DNA of 64,000 nucleotides from Phallusia mammillata (taxonomy: Eukaryota), in the NCBI GenBank assembly GCA_965637545.1, contig OZ281499.1, positions 1,488,001 through 1,552,000 of the forward strand, in the 5' to 3' direction. How positions within the stretch are numbered: the stretch's first letter is position 1; every line of letters starts with the position of its first letter. Positions 12,304 through 24,261 of this stretch are shown here, one piece after another. The notes beneath the pieces are model-generated. The model saw nothing but the letters and a program-made list of their open reading frames with translations. It was not told the DNA's origin and searched no databases. The translations under genes and the position numbers were made by a program.

Positions 12304-13390
12304 ATGACGTGTAGTATTGACGACGCCGTTGAGCAGTTTTGTGACGTAATAACGACAAACGATGAAGTTGTGCCTGAGTTGTGGGAAATGCAAAAGTTAG
12401 GTGGACAGTTGGAGAAAAAAATTAAGAAAAGAATTGAAAAAATTGTGCAGAAGAAGAAAATAAAACTAACGTTTTCCAAGCTCACTTACAAATCGCTGGA
12501 TGTTTCTGGTTCAAATGGAAACTTACTTGTTCGGCAAATTATTTCGGTTTTTAGCAGAGAGGAATTTTACAAACCTGGCATGTGTATCGGGTTGACGGTG
12601 GAAGACATCGACAAGCCTGATGCAGCGATTGTTGTGTTTACAAAGGGCCGGGTAGAACTTTTTGACGCACCGCAGGAAAATGAGAATGAAACAATACATT
12701 GGGACGTTATATTTTCGGACAGGATGTGTAAAGTTTGGAGGAATCTTGGGACACCAGGATACGAGCCAGCTGATCTTGAAACAAAACGCAGGGAATTTGC
12801 AGAAACTTTTCCTAAACTATGGTGCACCACATTCAGTAAAATGGATCTAGTTGAACGCCATTTTCTTTATGGCTTGGCATTAGAGATGGCGAAACCCAAA
12901 ATGCCGTTTCATTTGAACCACGAAGACATTAAGCACATTCCTACTGCTGCTTGCATCAAAATTGCGATTGAAATGGGTCAGACAAGTCGTTTGGAGTTGG
13001 TTTTCGGGTCACGTAAAAAAAACGAAGCCAGTCAGGATTCGCTTGGTAACATCGAATTTGTTCCCAAACACAAACTACGACTCAATGAGGCAAAAGCTAT
13101 AATCAAAACGTGAGTATAAAAGTTTAGCTTGCGATAAAAAGGCACGTTTTCATCATTATACATTTTATGTGTCTAAAATTTATGTCAAAAATTACAAAAA
13201 GCAGGTTTATGGTATTGTCGAATTATTTTAATTGAACTTAGCTTACATGATACCGAGCTGATTTGCAAAAACTAAAAATAATCAATTTATTTTGTTGTTT
13301 AGTTATCTCGGAGACAAGGATGACTTACCCCACACAACTGTTACAGGAAAGATTGAAGAAATCAAAATATTTTTTGCCTTAAACCTTTAA
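12304..13390 (+). CDS. MTCSIDD family copy 6, intact (exons 12304-13109, 13303-13390)
   Basis: 269-aa ORF, GTGAGT donor, tttag acceptor, exon 2 YLGDKDDLPHTTVTGKIEEIKIFFALNL*. Confidence 0.85.
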
Positions 13391-14269
13391 TGGCAAAATC
13401 TGTAGTGAATGTTTGTTTTTCTATATTTGTTTCTACCAGCAAATGACTGTAAATTCAAATTGATTTGTGGCAGAATTTCATTTTGTTAACAGTAACATAA
13501 GTTAAAGGTAATTACGTTGTGAGATGAAAATTGAGTTCAAACAAGCGCATGACTTAACTTTTTGTATAATATGATTGACTATATAACATGCTCCAGTAGT
13601 TTTTTTAATTTTAACTCTTGTAGCTTTTTCATGTGTGATGTGAAAAAACAAAAAGAAAATCTAAAGCACATGGTTTGGTTTCACCTTTGATTACACCAAA
13701 CTGACAAGAATCTTCCTGGTGAAGGACGCTACAGTTCACTACAGTTCGTAGCTGTGTAATGTTTCAGCCCAGGCGGAAAATTGTCCCGATTCGTTCATGT
13801 TTGTGTCACGTACGATTTTCTGGTGATAATCATAGTAATATAGGGTTGTTATGTACGGAACGTTTACATCTGATTATGCATAATGCTAAGGTGAAGTTCT
13901 TACATGATTTTCTGAGAATACACTCGCATTATCCGTACATAGCCTATACCTGCGCTTTTCTAATGTTAAACTGTGATAAACCTATCGAGATAGGCCTTGG
14001 ATGAAGTTCGACTGGGATTTCCAGCTCGGAGGAAAGCGACAGGCTGTTTGTCTCAGCGTTTTTTTTTACACTAGGAGAAAATACGAAAGCGTTTCGTCAT
14101 GTTTATAGTAATGACACCTGGAGTTTAACCGATTTTTCGAACCCTGGCGTAACTTGTATTTACATAAAGAAGAAATTGCACCGGACTTGACAATAAAACC
14201 TCACTCAGCTGCGAGATTCGGTAAAACACAGGGGCAGTCTCATCAAGTACGGTGTAGCTGCAGCGCGTT

Positions 14270-14397
14270 TAGCCGTAATACACCAATTGTGACCTTCACT
14301 TTTTTGCGCTCAATACCGTTTTAAACGTTGTGCAGCTATTTCCGGCTTGGTGATTGTTTTAGTGCATTTGTGTCGCTATTTTTTTAACAAGCGAAAA
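14270..14397 (+). repeat. Interspersed repeat cggtgtagctgcagcgcg...ttccggcttggtgattg (also ~26040-26185, partial ~25720-25790, ~61399-61541)
   Basis: Multiple diverged copies in unrelated contexts. Confidence 0.65.
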
Positions 14398-16211
14398 AGT
14401 GTAACACATCATAATGCAAGGAAGCCTTAAGTTGTATTCTGCTATCAAGGTCGTTGTTTGACGTCACTTTGCTGATGGCAACAGTGGTTACTGATTGTAC
14501 GATGCCCGTCCATTTAAGTTAAATCAAACGTTGGTGGTAGCAGTTTCTCGATCGGCAGGAACAACACAAAACGAAAAAACGCCATCGTAGCACGAGCACC
14601 ACTTAGCGGCCAAAGTTAAAACATTGCGATCAAAAATAAACGAAATAAATGTTTTAATATTGATATTTACGGCATATGGGCCAAGAGTTTGCCACAATCA
14701 TATTTACCGGAAGTGGTCGCCGGGGCAATGAAAGTAAATACTGTAAAAAAATCAAATTGAACTAATTTGGTCTTGAACTTGGTTATTTGTTAACAATGAA
14801 AACATTACAATTTGCGGCATATATTTCTATGTGAAAAAACTGACAACACTTGCTGGTTTGTTTCCTCACAAAGCATCTTTAACAAACAGTGATTGTCTGT
14901 TTCCAGTTGAGACGGAAACAAGTCGTTGTGTGGTTTAGCATTCGTTAGTATATGTGCATACATTTCAGTAGAAGTGGATTTTTATTTTATTGTCCAGACT
15001 TTAGATCAACGACCTTGACCTGACCTTGTCACAACAGTGATTGTATTGCAGACATCGAAACTATGCCAGTTTGAATCCGAACTTGGAAATAATAAACAAA
15101 GGCTATAACTTTTCTCTGTTTTAGGGGAATCTAGCTTTACAAAACGTAAACGAGAGATCAGTTACAGATTGTCGCAAACTGTTGTATACAAGTGTTAGGC
15201 ACAGGGAATACGTTGAGATCCACAAAGCATCATAAGGCAAAGAGATGGAGCGGTGTGCCACCTTGCGGATATGGATTGAAATGTAATAACTGATTGAAGA
15301 ATGGAAACCTTCAAGAAAATGTTTTGCTATTGAATTAAGCCGTGTGTGGCTAAAATAGTTTTACATTGAAATCTGGGTTTCATTTAAACCAGCATTAGTA
15401 TACCTGCTTATCATTTAGGTTAAACGCATTTTTCCTTTGCCTTTACAAAATTCCACGATATCCTCCAAGTTGGGTTACTTCAAAGTGTTTAATATACTTT
15501 TTACACAATGGTTGCTTTTTCAACTGACCGATTGTTATAATCGTTAAATCATTGTGTTTTAAACGATTTTTTAATTCAACCAGACAAGAAGAATCAGCGA
15601 ACTAAGATTTTTAGACAAGTTTTGTAAACAGGAAGCCAGTCTCCATTTCACTCTTGTTTAAAGCTTTAAAGCAAGAAAAGCAAGAGCATTGGAGCTCCTC
15701 CTTATTTCTCTTGACTCCACACTCTCTTAATTAACTTTCAACAAACCTCGATGTGACGCAAAAACATTTGGCAGTCGGCCAGGAGCAGTTCAAACTGACC
15801 TTCATTTGTTATTGAACGTATTTTGCCTTGTCAGCAGCTTTTGCTGTCATCTTAGCGTGTGGAAAAAATTAACGTTAGATTGTGTTCTTGAAAATCAAAG
15901 TGGTGCATTAGACGTTTTTGGATTTGGAAAGATTTCAAAGACAAAATGTCAATGTTATCACATCTGGTGAGTCCATATTTTGCTTTTTGTACTTGATTTG
16001 TAACAAACTGTGTAGCAATGTGTTTGTTGTATTTCGTGTAAGTTAAAAAATTTATCAAACTTCTTGGTGACGTTTTCTAAATACTGGTAATTATTTCCCC
16101 TTTTCCGTCTTAAACTATAAGAAGTCAATTAAAATCATGTCTAAACTTGTACTTTAATTAAAAAAAGGTTTGGAAACACTGTGCAATATTATTAGGATTG
16201 TTTTGTTGCAG

Positions 16212-17632
16212 AGAGACTTAGAAAACGAAGAGGACTTAATAAATTACGTTCTGGCTGTGGAACAAGAATCCAGGGAACAAAACCAACAAATGTAAGAAGT
16301 AAATTTACGAATAACTAATAATACGCCATATCCAGTGGTAGAATTCAAATTTTTTGTCAACCACTTCTATCACAAAAGTCATATTTTTCAGCCGGTTCTG
16401 TTACAAAAAGCCCATTGACAGTACCCAGTAATGCTAATGGTTCGCTGATCTCATAAAATTTCGTAAGACGGTTCTTTAGAACGGGTGAGAACCGGCTGAA
16501 TTGGCTTGTGACAAACAATTACTTATCGCTTGTTTCGTCACTATCGAACTCCACAACGCAATGCGAAATATAACAAAGTCAAAAAAGAAAAGGCGCAAAG
16601 ATTTTAACGCGATAAGCGATTGTGCAATACTTGTTGCACGACGTTAACTTCGTTAATGTTGAGCAGTTTGAACTTTTTTAACTTTCCCTGAATTGCACGT
16701 GACTGTTTGCGCCGTTCGAAAGTTGTGACGTCATGTTTTCGTGGTACTGTTCGTTGACCTAGTTTTTTGCTGATAGATCAACGCTCTGGGTTTTACGTTT
16801 TCCTTGTGAAATATGTTGGCCTGTTATAAAAGGGCAATGTTTTGTTTGCTAGCAAAAGTGTGCAATATTTGATTCTATAATCACCCTGACTTACCAAACT
16901 TACTCATAATAACAAAACGACGCATTTCATAAAGTATCTACCTGGTGTTGTTATTATTTAAGGTAATTTATTTGCTTACTTGTATTGCCAAGGACAATGC
17001 CTTGTTACAAGGAAATTTGTGTAACACTATTATTCAACTACAATGACTATGATTAACCAACCTACTCACAAAAACAACCGACAAGTTTCGTGAAATATCC
17101 GCTCAGTGTTGTTGAACACTTATTCAAAGTGTTTTCACATATTCAAAGTGTTATCACATTCTTTCGAAAAATCTCGAAACTCTGAAATACGATTATTTCA
17201 CAATCGGTTACAAAAACAGTTAAACTTTTCAAAAAAACTCCTCATTTTCGACCACTTTTATAAAACTAGTAATTATTCCAAACATAAATCATAGTGCGCC
17301 AAGCCCATTAAAGACATAATACCGAATCAGCCGGTATCCTTAGCATTCCCACACGGCAAGACGTAGACTAGAAAATGTATCCAGCGATGGGATTCAAACT
17401 TATGACACGAGCCTTTCTGGACTTTAAACATTGTATAATTTGACAAGCAAAACTACATTGTGTGTTTAGGTCGGAAAACGCATCCAATGTTCAATGGCAA
17501 GCAACAACAACCTCACAAACAAATCCATTCGATGCCGCATTCGGTCAAGTTCAAATGCAAAGTTTAGGGGACGATGAAGGGATTCATCTTGACACAAGGG
17601 AACACAAGGGAAGTTGTGGTAATGATCGTTAG
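16212..17632 (+). CDS. Last two exons (16212-16291, 17470-17632) of an unidentified gene
   Basis: GT/AG ends, phase-2 join, RDLENEEDLINYVLAVEQES...TNPFDAAF. The paralog at 63.4-64.0 kb differs in this frame largely by synonymous or conservative changes. Confidence 0.55.
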
Positions 17633-19114
17633 GGCCGGAGTTGTAAGCGCAAAGTGTTTATAACTATTTTGAAAGATCTGCTAAATTTTATTGCTGCGTC
17701 ATCACATTCGCTTGATCCGACTTTACTTGAACACACGTGACCGATGGCGCAATAGCCATAACGTCATTCTCGATGTGGTGTTGTCATAAATTAGACTTCA
17801 TAAGTTGAATCTTATTGCTTCATATACTTGTGATGCAGACATACAAGTGATGAATTCAATCACAAGTAATGTATTTGATCAATCCTTGGAGCCGTTTGCT
17901 TTGGACAGCCAGTTCTTTAACCATGTGTTCGGTTCCCAAACTGAAACCTGCTGTGTTAATCTCAACTTTGAGGCGGCTTTTCAGGAATTTAAAAGTTTGG
18001 ACGAACAAAACCACGACTACAGGTCAAACTTGTTTCAACTTTTTTATGAAAAGGTCTATGCTAGGAGCTTAATATTTTTACCTGATGGTTAACATCCACA
18101 TTTTGTAGTTCATTTCGAAATTCCGACACCGAACACGAGGTGTCGCCAAGCTTAGTGGAGCTACAACGATCAAACTCTGCAATACAACCACAATACAGCC
18201 ACAACCAAGTACTTGAACTCAACCAGGATCAGCACAATGTTAGTCAACAACAGTTTGACGCAGTGGTTTGTCATCAACAACCACAATTCCAGCAGAATTG
18301 TCAATTACTGATTCCCTTGAACGTTTGCAACAAAACTTTAAACTTTCAACAAGTGACAGGTACAGCAAACTATTTTGCCACCAAACTACTAATATGTATT
18401 CACTATTGGATCAGCCCTGGAGCGTTTATGTCGACCAGCGAAGGCATAATTACACATAAATCATATGACACCAGGTCTATTGAAGGCGTTATACCGAATC
18501 AAGTCGGAAAATAAGGGTTGCAGTGGGACTCGAACCCACTATTGGAGATCATCAGGGACTGAAAATAACGACTTCACTAGGCCTGACGTACTATGATATA
18601 AAACGACTTCTGATGAAAAGGGTTTTATTCAACAGCATCTGTTGACCCGAGTTGCCAGTTCATAAGTCACGTGATCACATCGGAACAAATTGTACTCGGC
18701 TCTGTTCGAACTTCCGTTCTACCAACCGGGAACATCGCCCCTATTGCGAGGTAGATCACCTACAAACAACGACAAAATAACACAAGGTTAAAGTCGACCG
18801 AAAAAACCAGAGAAAATACCATCGCATTTACTGTGAACTGTTCAACGCTAAAAATCATTGCAATTATGAAGTTAATTGTAAAATTTACGAACAGATTTTT
18901 TCCGGATGTGAACAAATCACACCGCGCCAAATGTGCAGCTGAGATACAAAGACGAAAGAAACCTGTAAAAGTGAAAAACAAACCCAGTCGTACTTCTAAG
19001 CGTTCCAACAAACTACAATTACGTCAATACTCCAAGGTTTTCTGTGTATTATTCCACAATAATGTTATCTAGTTACACACTGGTTGATATGTTAAATTTA
19101 AACATGTTTCAGTA

Positions 19115-19364
19115 CAGTGGTTCTCAAGTCGATTTACTCGACTATTTCACATACTATTTGTCTCTATTGAGGTTTTTCACGATTACGGATTCTTGTTTAC
19201 TCAATTCGACCTTTTCAAAGCCGAAATTAGTACCGAATTTAAACACGAGTGGGCCATTAACACTTTTTAGGGGGCCACATGACTTACAGAGTTACTTGAA
19301 GGGGCCACGAGGCCCAAATGTTACTTTTAGGGGCCCACGATCCACGAAAGGTTAAGAACCACTG
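19115..19364. mobile_element. Older hAT-type MITE
   Basis: Ends CAGTGGTTCTCAA / TTAAGAACCACTG; TSD degenerate (tttcagta vs ttttagca). Confidence 0.65.
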
Positions 19365-19918
19365 TTTTAGCACAACAGTTCTTTACTATTTGCAGGGATT
19401 GTTAATTATAATAGCGCAACAAAGTTTTTTAGCAACGTTTGACTTTATCGTACCTTATTTTGATCCAATGGTGCTGTAATATTAGGACAAAATATTTTCA
19501 AAAAACTGCACCTCAATTCAGACTTTCGTTAAGTCGCATGCGATACCCTTTTTCACAAGATATCTGATGATTTTTGTTGTTTCTTTTTCTTCACAAGAAA
19601 GGTCCAACATTTTTTGTGAATAAATTAAACGTTTTAACAATAGCGTTTTTCGTGAAACAACTTTCTCTGTACGCAGTGGTGGGATTCAGCCGATTCGCAT
19701 CGGTCCTATAGAACCGTCTCACAAAATTTTAAAAGACCAGCGAACCGGTTAGCATTACTGGTTACTGTCAATGGAATTTTTGTAACAGAACCGACTGAAA
19801 AATATGATTTTTGTGGTAGACCCGGCTGACACAAAATTTGAATCCCACCACTGTGTGTAGGTAATACAAAACTTTATTCGTTCATTTTAATTATTGCCCT
19901 GACATATTTAGACCACAG

Positions 19919-20768
19919 ATTCTATGGAAACTTCTGCAATCATTTTCTCTCAAAGTCAGCCTTCTTCAAGCAAAATTCCTCTTTCGACTGCCGAAAATAC
20001 AATCGCATTTCCCGAGGTTGGCAATTCACCTCGTGTGAGAAAGAAAATAAAAGCCAAAATCGCAAAGTTGGACTCTAAAGAAAAACCAAAATACATCGAT
20101 CACAGTAATATCTGGTGGGTAATTTTTACAAGGACTTAATGGCTTAGGAACACTATACACGGAATTGAAACGTAATTTAATCATGAACATTACTGCGTGG
20201 TGTATAAAGACCTGCACTGATGTTAACAGAGATTGTTGAAACGTCTGCTTGATGTATTCTTCAAAAACCAGTTCTTTGGCAGTAATGTTCATGATTAAAT
20301 CAATGGCTTGGTTTTTATTTTTGTTCTCGGTGGACGGGCAACGCCTGAATCTGTTAAGCTCGCAACAAAAGGTTAAACGCACTCGAGTTACTTGCTTTAA
20401 ATCAAGTCTGTTGAATCATTCTTTCGACTTAGACGTTGGTGATTTCAATTTAGTTCGTCTTCCTTCAATTTTTCTTGACTGGGCGATGCCATTTAAAGTT
20501 TTGCTCAGAAAAACATGAGTGGATGAGGCCGGGTTCGAACCCCCAACCTTGTGAACAGAAATCAGTCGCGATATTGCAACCAGATTAAGACACGGATATG
20601 TTAAACTTTAATCATACTTTTAAGTAAATAAGTGTTTCATAAATCTCTTCCTTACCTGTTTCTTTTCGTTACAGTTTAGAGTCGCTTTTAGTTTCATCGG
20701 GTGAGCCGAAGGAACATGTCCGTATCACAATTTTCAACGGAGAAATAACGCCGTCTTGCTCGCTTTAA
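19919..20768 (+). CDS. Putative exons (19919-20114, 20675-20768; possibly also 18895-19032) of an unidentified Lys/Ser-rich protein
   Basis: AG/GT-bounded open frames joining in phase 2 and ending in TAA. No recognisable domain. Confidence 0.3.
20519..20600 (-). repeat. tRNA-derived SINE-like head (similar degenerate heads near 17385, 18520, 63730)
   Basis: B-box/T-loop-like GGTTCGAACCC and acceptor-stem-like end; no complete cloverleaf. Confidence 0.3.
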
Positions 20769-21996
20769 GTTTCATTAAATTAAAGGGTAAATGACGTCAT
20801 TACCGACCTACAGTGGGCGACGTTATTCGGTTAACTCAACTTTTAACGTCTGACAATTATGCGTCAAGAATTTTGAAAGTTAGTGAATGATGTAATACCA
20901 GCTCATTAATTGGTAAATGAAGACAATATTAAACTTTATGTCAGTAGGTTAAAGTTCATCAAAAAAACATTCAGTGTTTCGTTTGTACGATTTTGTGATG
21001 TATGTATTTTGTCTTATTAGCATCATCAGTATCTTGTTTAAAGATGACCTTAATGACTTTTTTTGCAGAATATGTTTGACATTTTACATTCTTCGATTTT
21101 TCGATTCCATAAGTTGAAAATTTGACCAAAAGATGATTCGCAAACTTTCGTCTTCAAAAACTGATCCTTCCCTTAAATTCTTTTCATGTTATTCATTTCA
21201 AGATGTCTCTAGTGTTTACTGATAAATAAATAAATACTTTGGAATAATTGTTCTGGTAAAATCCGTTTCTTGATATTATTACGAAATATGTGTTAGTTTG
21301 TTAAATTGTTTCATTATTATCCTCTGTGCTCGGTGTGCGGGCCAATCCAGTATGCGTAATGCTCCCAAAGAGTCCGCCGTCGAGCTGACTGGTTTATTGC
21401 AAATCCGTTAAATTCCTTTTTATTCAATTATTTCGACTTTGGCAGTTGGTGACTTCAATTTAGTTCATACTCTTCAGATTTTACTGAACTGGGGCAATGC
21501 CATTTTTTGCTAAGTCCATTGGATTATTTTTTTATTTGTTATGTTCGCTTGGAGCTGGTGACCAGTTTAGTTCAAACTATGAAGCTTCACTAGATTAGAC
21601 CAATGCCACGTTAATTTTCTTGTTCATAGAGATAGACGTGGTCGAGATGGTACAACTGTGTTTTACTTGTAAAGTGGATTTCAAACTTCACACAATGACA
21701 ATATTTGTGTCATAAGAAACTTAACGGTGAATATTTACTTTCTACACTTATTAGATAGCTAACCCACACATAGGAGGGAAAAATTCAACAAGGCATATAT
21801 ACATGGTGAAGGTGGTTACTTTATGCGAGCAATAATGACTTTTAACATAATAATGAATTCTTGATGATGTTGCTTGAAAGGTAAATGTGTCTTGTTTTTA
21901 CAATGAAACAATTCGACCAATTGGATTTACATGTAAACAAAACTTCCTTAAAGCTTGGATACATTTTAACCCATTTTAACCAACAAACACTTTTCC

Positions 21997-24261
21997 CTAT
22001 CCTAGCGAACATACAACACAAGTGACCTCTCTATGCTGCACGTACGGTTCACAAGGAACATTATAGCCACAAGCGATTTCGGCAACAAACAGATAAGCAC
22101 CATGTTGGCTTCCCTTTGTTCCCGGAATCACTTGTGGCGTTCTGTCAACACAAAGATGACTGGATGAGTGCTTTGTGTTGTGGGAGCCGGTCATTATATA
22201 TCCGGTGTATTCTAACGTCCAACCTTCCGGACAAGTTTCTCGACTTGGAATCATAAGCTGAAAATTATAAATAAAACAAAACAAAGTCATAACGTTTAAA
22301 CGTATGTCATTAAAACTTAAGGCGAACTTTTTATGCTCGTATCAGTTTTTGAAAAACAAACAAATTTAATTTAGAATTGTAAGAGGGCCTACAATTGGGG
22401 CCTAAACCCGGTTTGTTTTTGAAAGTACAAGAACAAAATCCGTTTATTGCAACTCGAGCTCGAACCCGACTTACAACTCTGCTTAAATTTATAACATGGC
22501 CGACCACCTTCGCTGGGCTTTGCACCAAGCAAACAGCACAAGGAACTCCTTGATATTGAAGAGCTTCTTCCTCAATGAAAGATAAATCGAAAAGCGAATA
22601 TCTACTCGATCCGTCTCTGTACTCTGCTCCGTAAATGTGAGCAGGTCCTGTCGAGTCAGAGTGGAAGATTTAACGAAGCCGCTACTGGTTAAGAGTGTGT
22701 TATTGTAACGAACGCGAAACACAATAATTTTACACTTCTTGTAATACTCATACTCTTGCAACGAACCTTGCGTTCCTTCTACGTAATGTCCTTGGGTGTA
22801 CGTCACATTATGATGTAAGCACAAGAAATCAGATCCACCTCCGACGTGGCTGTAGTAAGATCCACCAGTATAACCTGCACAAAATTACTTTGTCATCCTG
22901 TAGTTCGGACTTTACAGTGCAGAAGTATTTTACCATGGTAAACCAAACTTGTTCCAGTCTTGATCGGGCAATCATATCTTCCCCAACGAACGTAAGTTGT
23001 ACCTGATTGAAATGGAAATGTTTCGGTTAATTTCTATGAAAATCCAAGATATCAGCCTTCGGGGTCATATACGGCTCTTTAATTCTTCTGATGCGACTCA
23101 ATTTGGGAAGTAATTATTGAGTCATTAATTGATATCACTGATGAGGGCATGAGCTTTTGCCGAAATTTTGATTATTGTTAAAGCATGTCGTTTTTTTTTC
23201 AAGAGTATTGGGGCCGTTGTTTTCCTCAGTTATTAATGAGCATTTTACTAAAATAGGTTTTTCAATTATTTTTAAAATAAAACTCTGAACCTTAAACTTT
23301 AAAAGGGACTTTTTAAAGCTCCCAGTAATCTGTTTCGTGTGTAAAACAAGTTCTGATGGCTCTTTGAGTGGTAAATACTGGATCAGCTACACGAAGGAAT
23401 ACATGTTACGTTTCGTTTATTTCATAGTGTTTGCCCGCCCGCAAAGTTTGCTCGATCATATGACAAAGTTTTAATTAACTTTTCACGACGAGATTTTCGT
23501 TAAAGGGAAAGCCAGCATGTGGGAAAACATATTTTATCTTAAACGAATTGATTTTGATGGTATACCAAGCCTGATTTCGTAACTTGGACCAAGTTTAAGA
23601 AAAGTTAAAAAGTTAAAGGATGGATCAGTTACACAGGGGACTGCACAATACTGTTTGTTTATTTCATGGTGTTTTACAGCAAATATAGCGACAGCAAAAC
23701 AAAATTGGGTAGTCACTTAAATCTTTACCTGTTCCGAATGTTGCTAACACTGGCAAGTCTTCCTCCTGCTAGAAAAGCGATCAGCATAAACCAACAATGA
23801 CTTTCAGTTTCACATTTCTTACTTACCGATGATCTTTTATGACGAACTTGTTGCAATTGTTGACGGTTTCCACCCAAATCTGCTCCAGCAGTTCCAGACT
23901 TCTGTTCCTCTAGTAACTGCTCGAAGCTAAACAACAAAACATACAAGCATAAACATTAGGGCAACATTTTAAATGCTACAGTTAAAATAATAATATTTTA
24001 AAGTATACAGCATCGCCACGTCAATAAAAAAATTAGGGTAAATGTTATCTTAATATTTTCCAAGGGGAAAACAAGAAGAAAAATTTCAGAAACTTACAAA
24101 AAATATAAAACATTAACGCCAACTTACTGTCTGAGTTGAACGATTGCTCTGTGCACAAAACTACCAACGCATAATGCCACAACTAGGAGTGAAATTGTCC
24201 CCAACAACAGAGGTTTGCTTGAAATCTTACGAACCGAACTTCTGTAGTTTTGCAGACGCAT
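21997..24261 (-). CDS. Type II membrane/secreted protein with a C-terminal short-chain-collagen-C4-like Cys-rich domain (about 6 exons)
   Basis: Exon 1 24261-24128: MRLQ...LLLGTISLLVVALCVGSF hydrophobic segment. Exon 2 from 23926 with RHKR. Exon 23002-22934 TTYVRWGRYDCP; exon from ~22875 GGSYYSHVGGGSDFLCL; exon ~22530 VPCAVC; last exon 22257-21997 MIPSRETCPEGWTLEYTGY...CVVCS. Some internal donors are uncertain. Confidence 0.8.

Noticed and set aside
20519-20600. Possible tRNA gene
   Set aside because: Only a B-box/T-arm-like segment; no full cloverleaf or anticodon stem, so it is treated as a SINE-like relic.
20330-21510. Local duplications (20330-20510 vs 21380-21510; 23440-23610 vs 24380-24530; 27320-27440 vs 27720-27830)
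   Set aside because: Real but diverged, with no conserved reading frame or terminal structure; no function can be supported.
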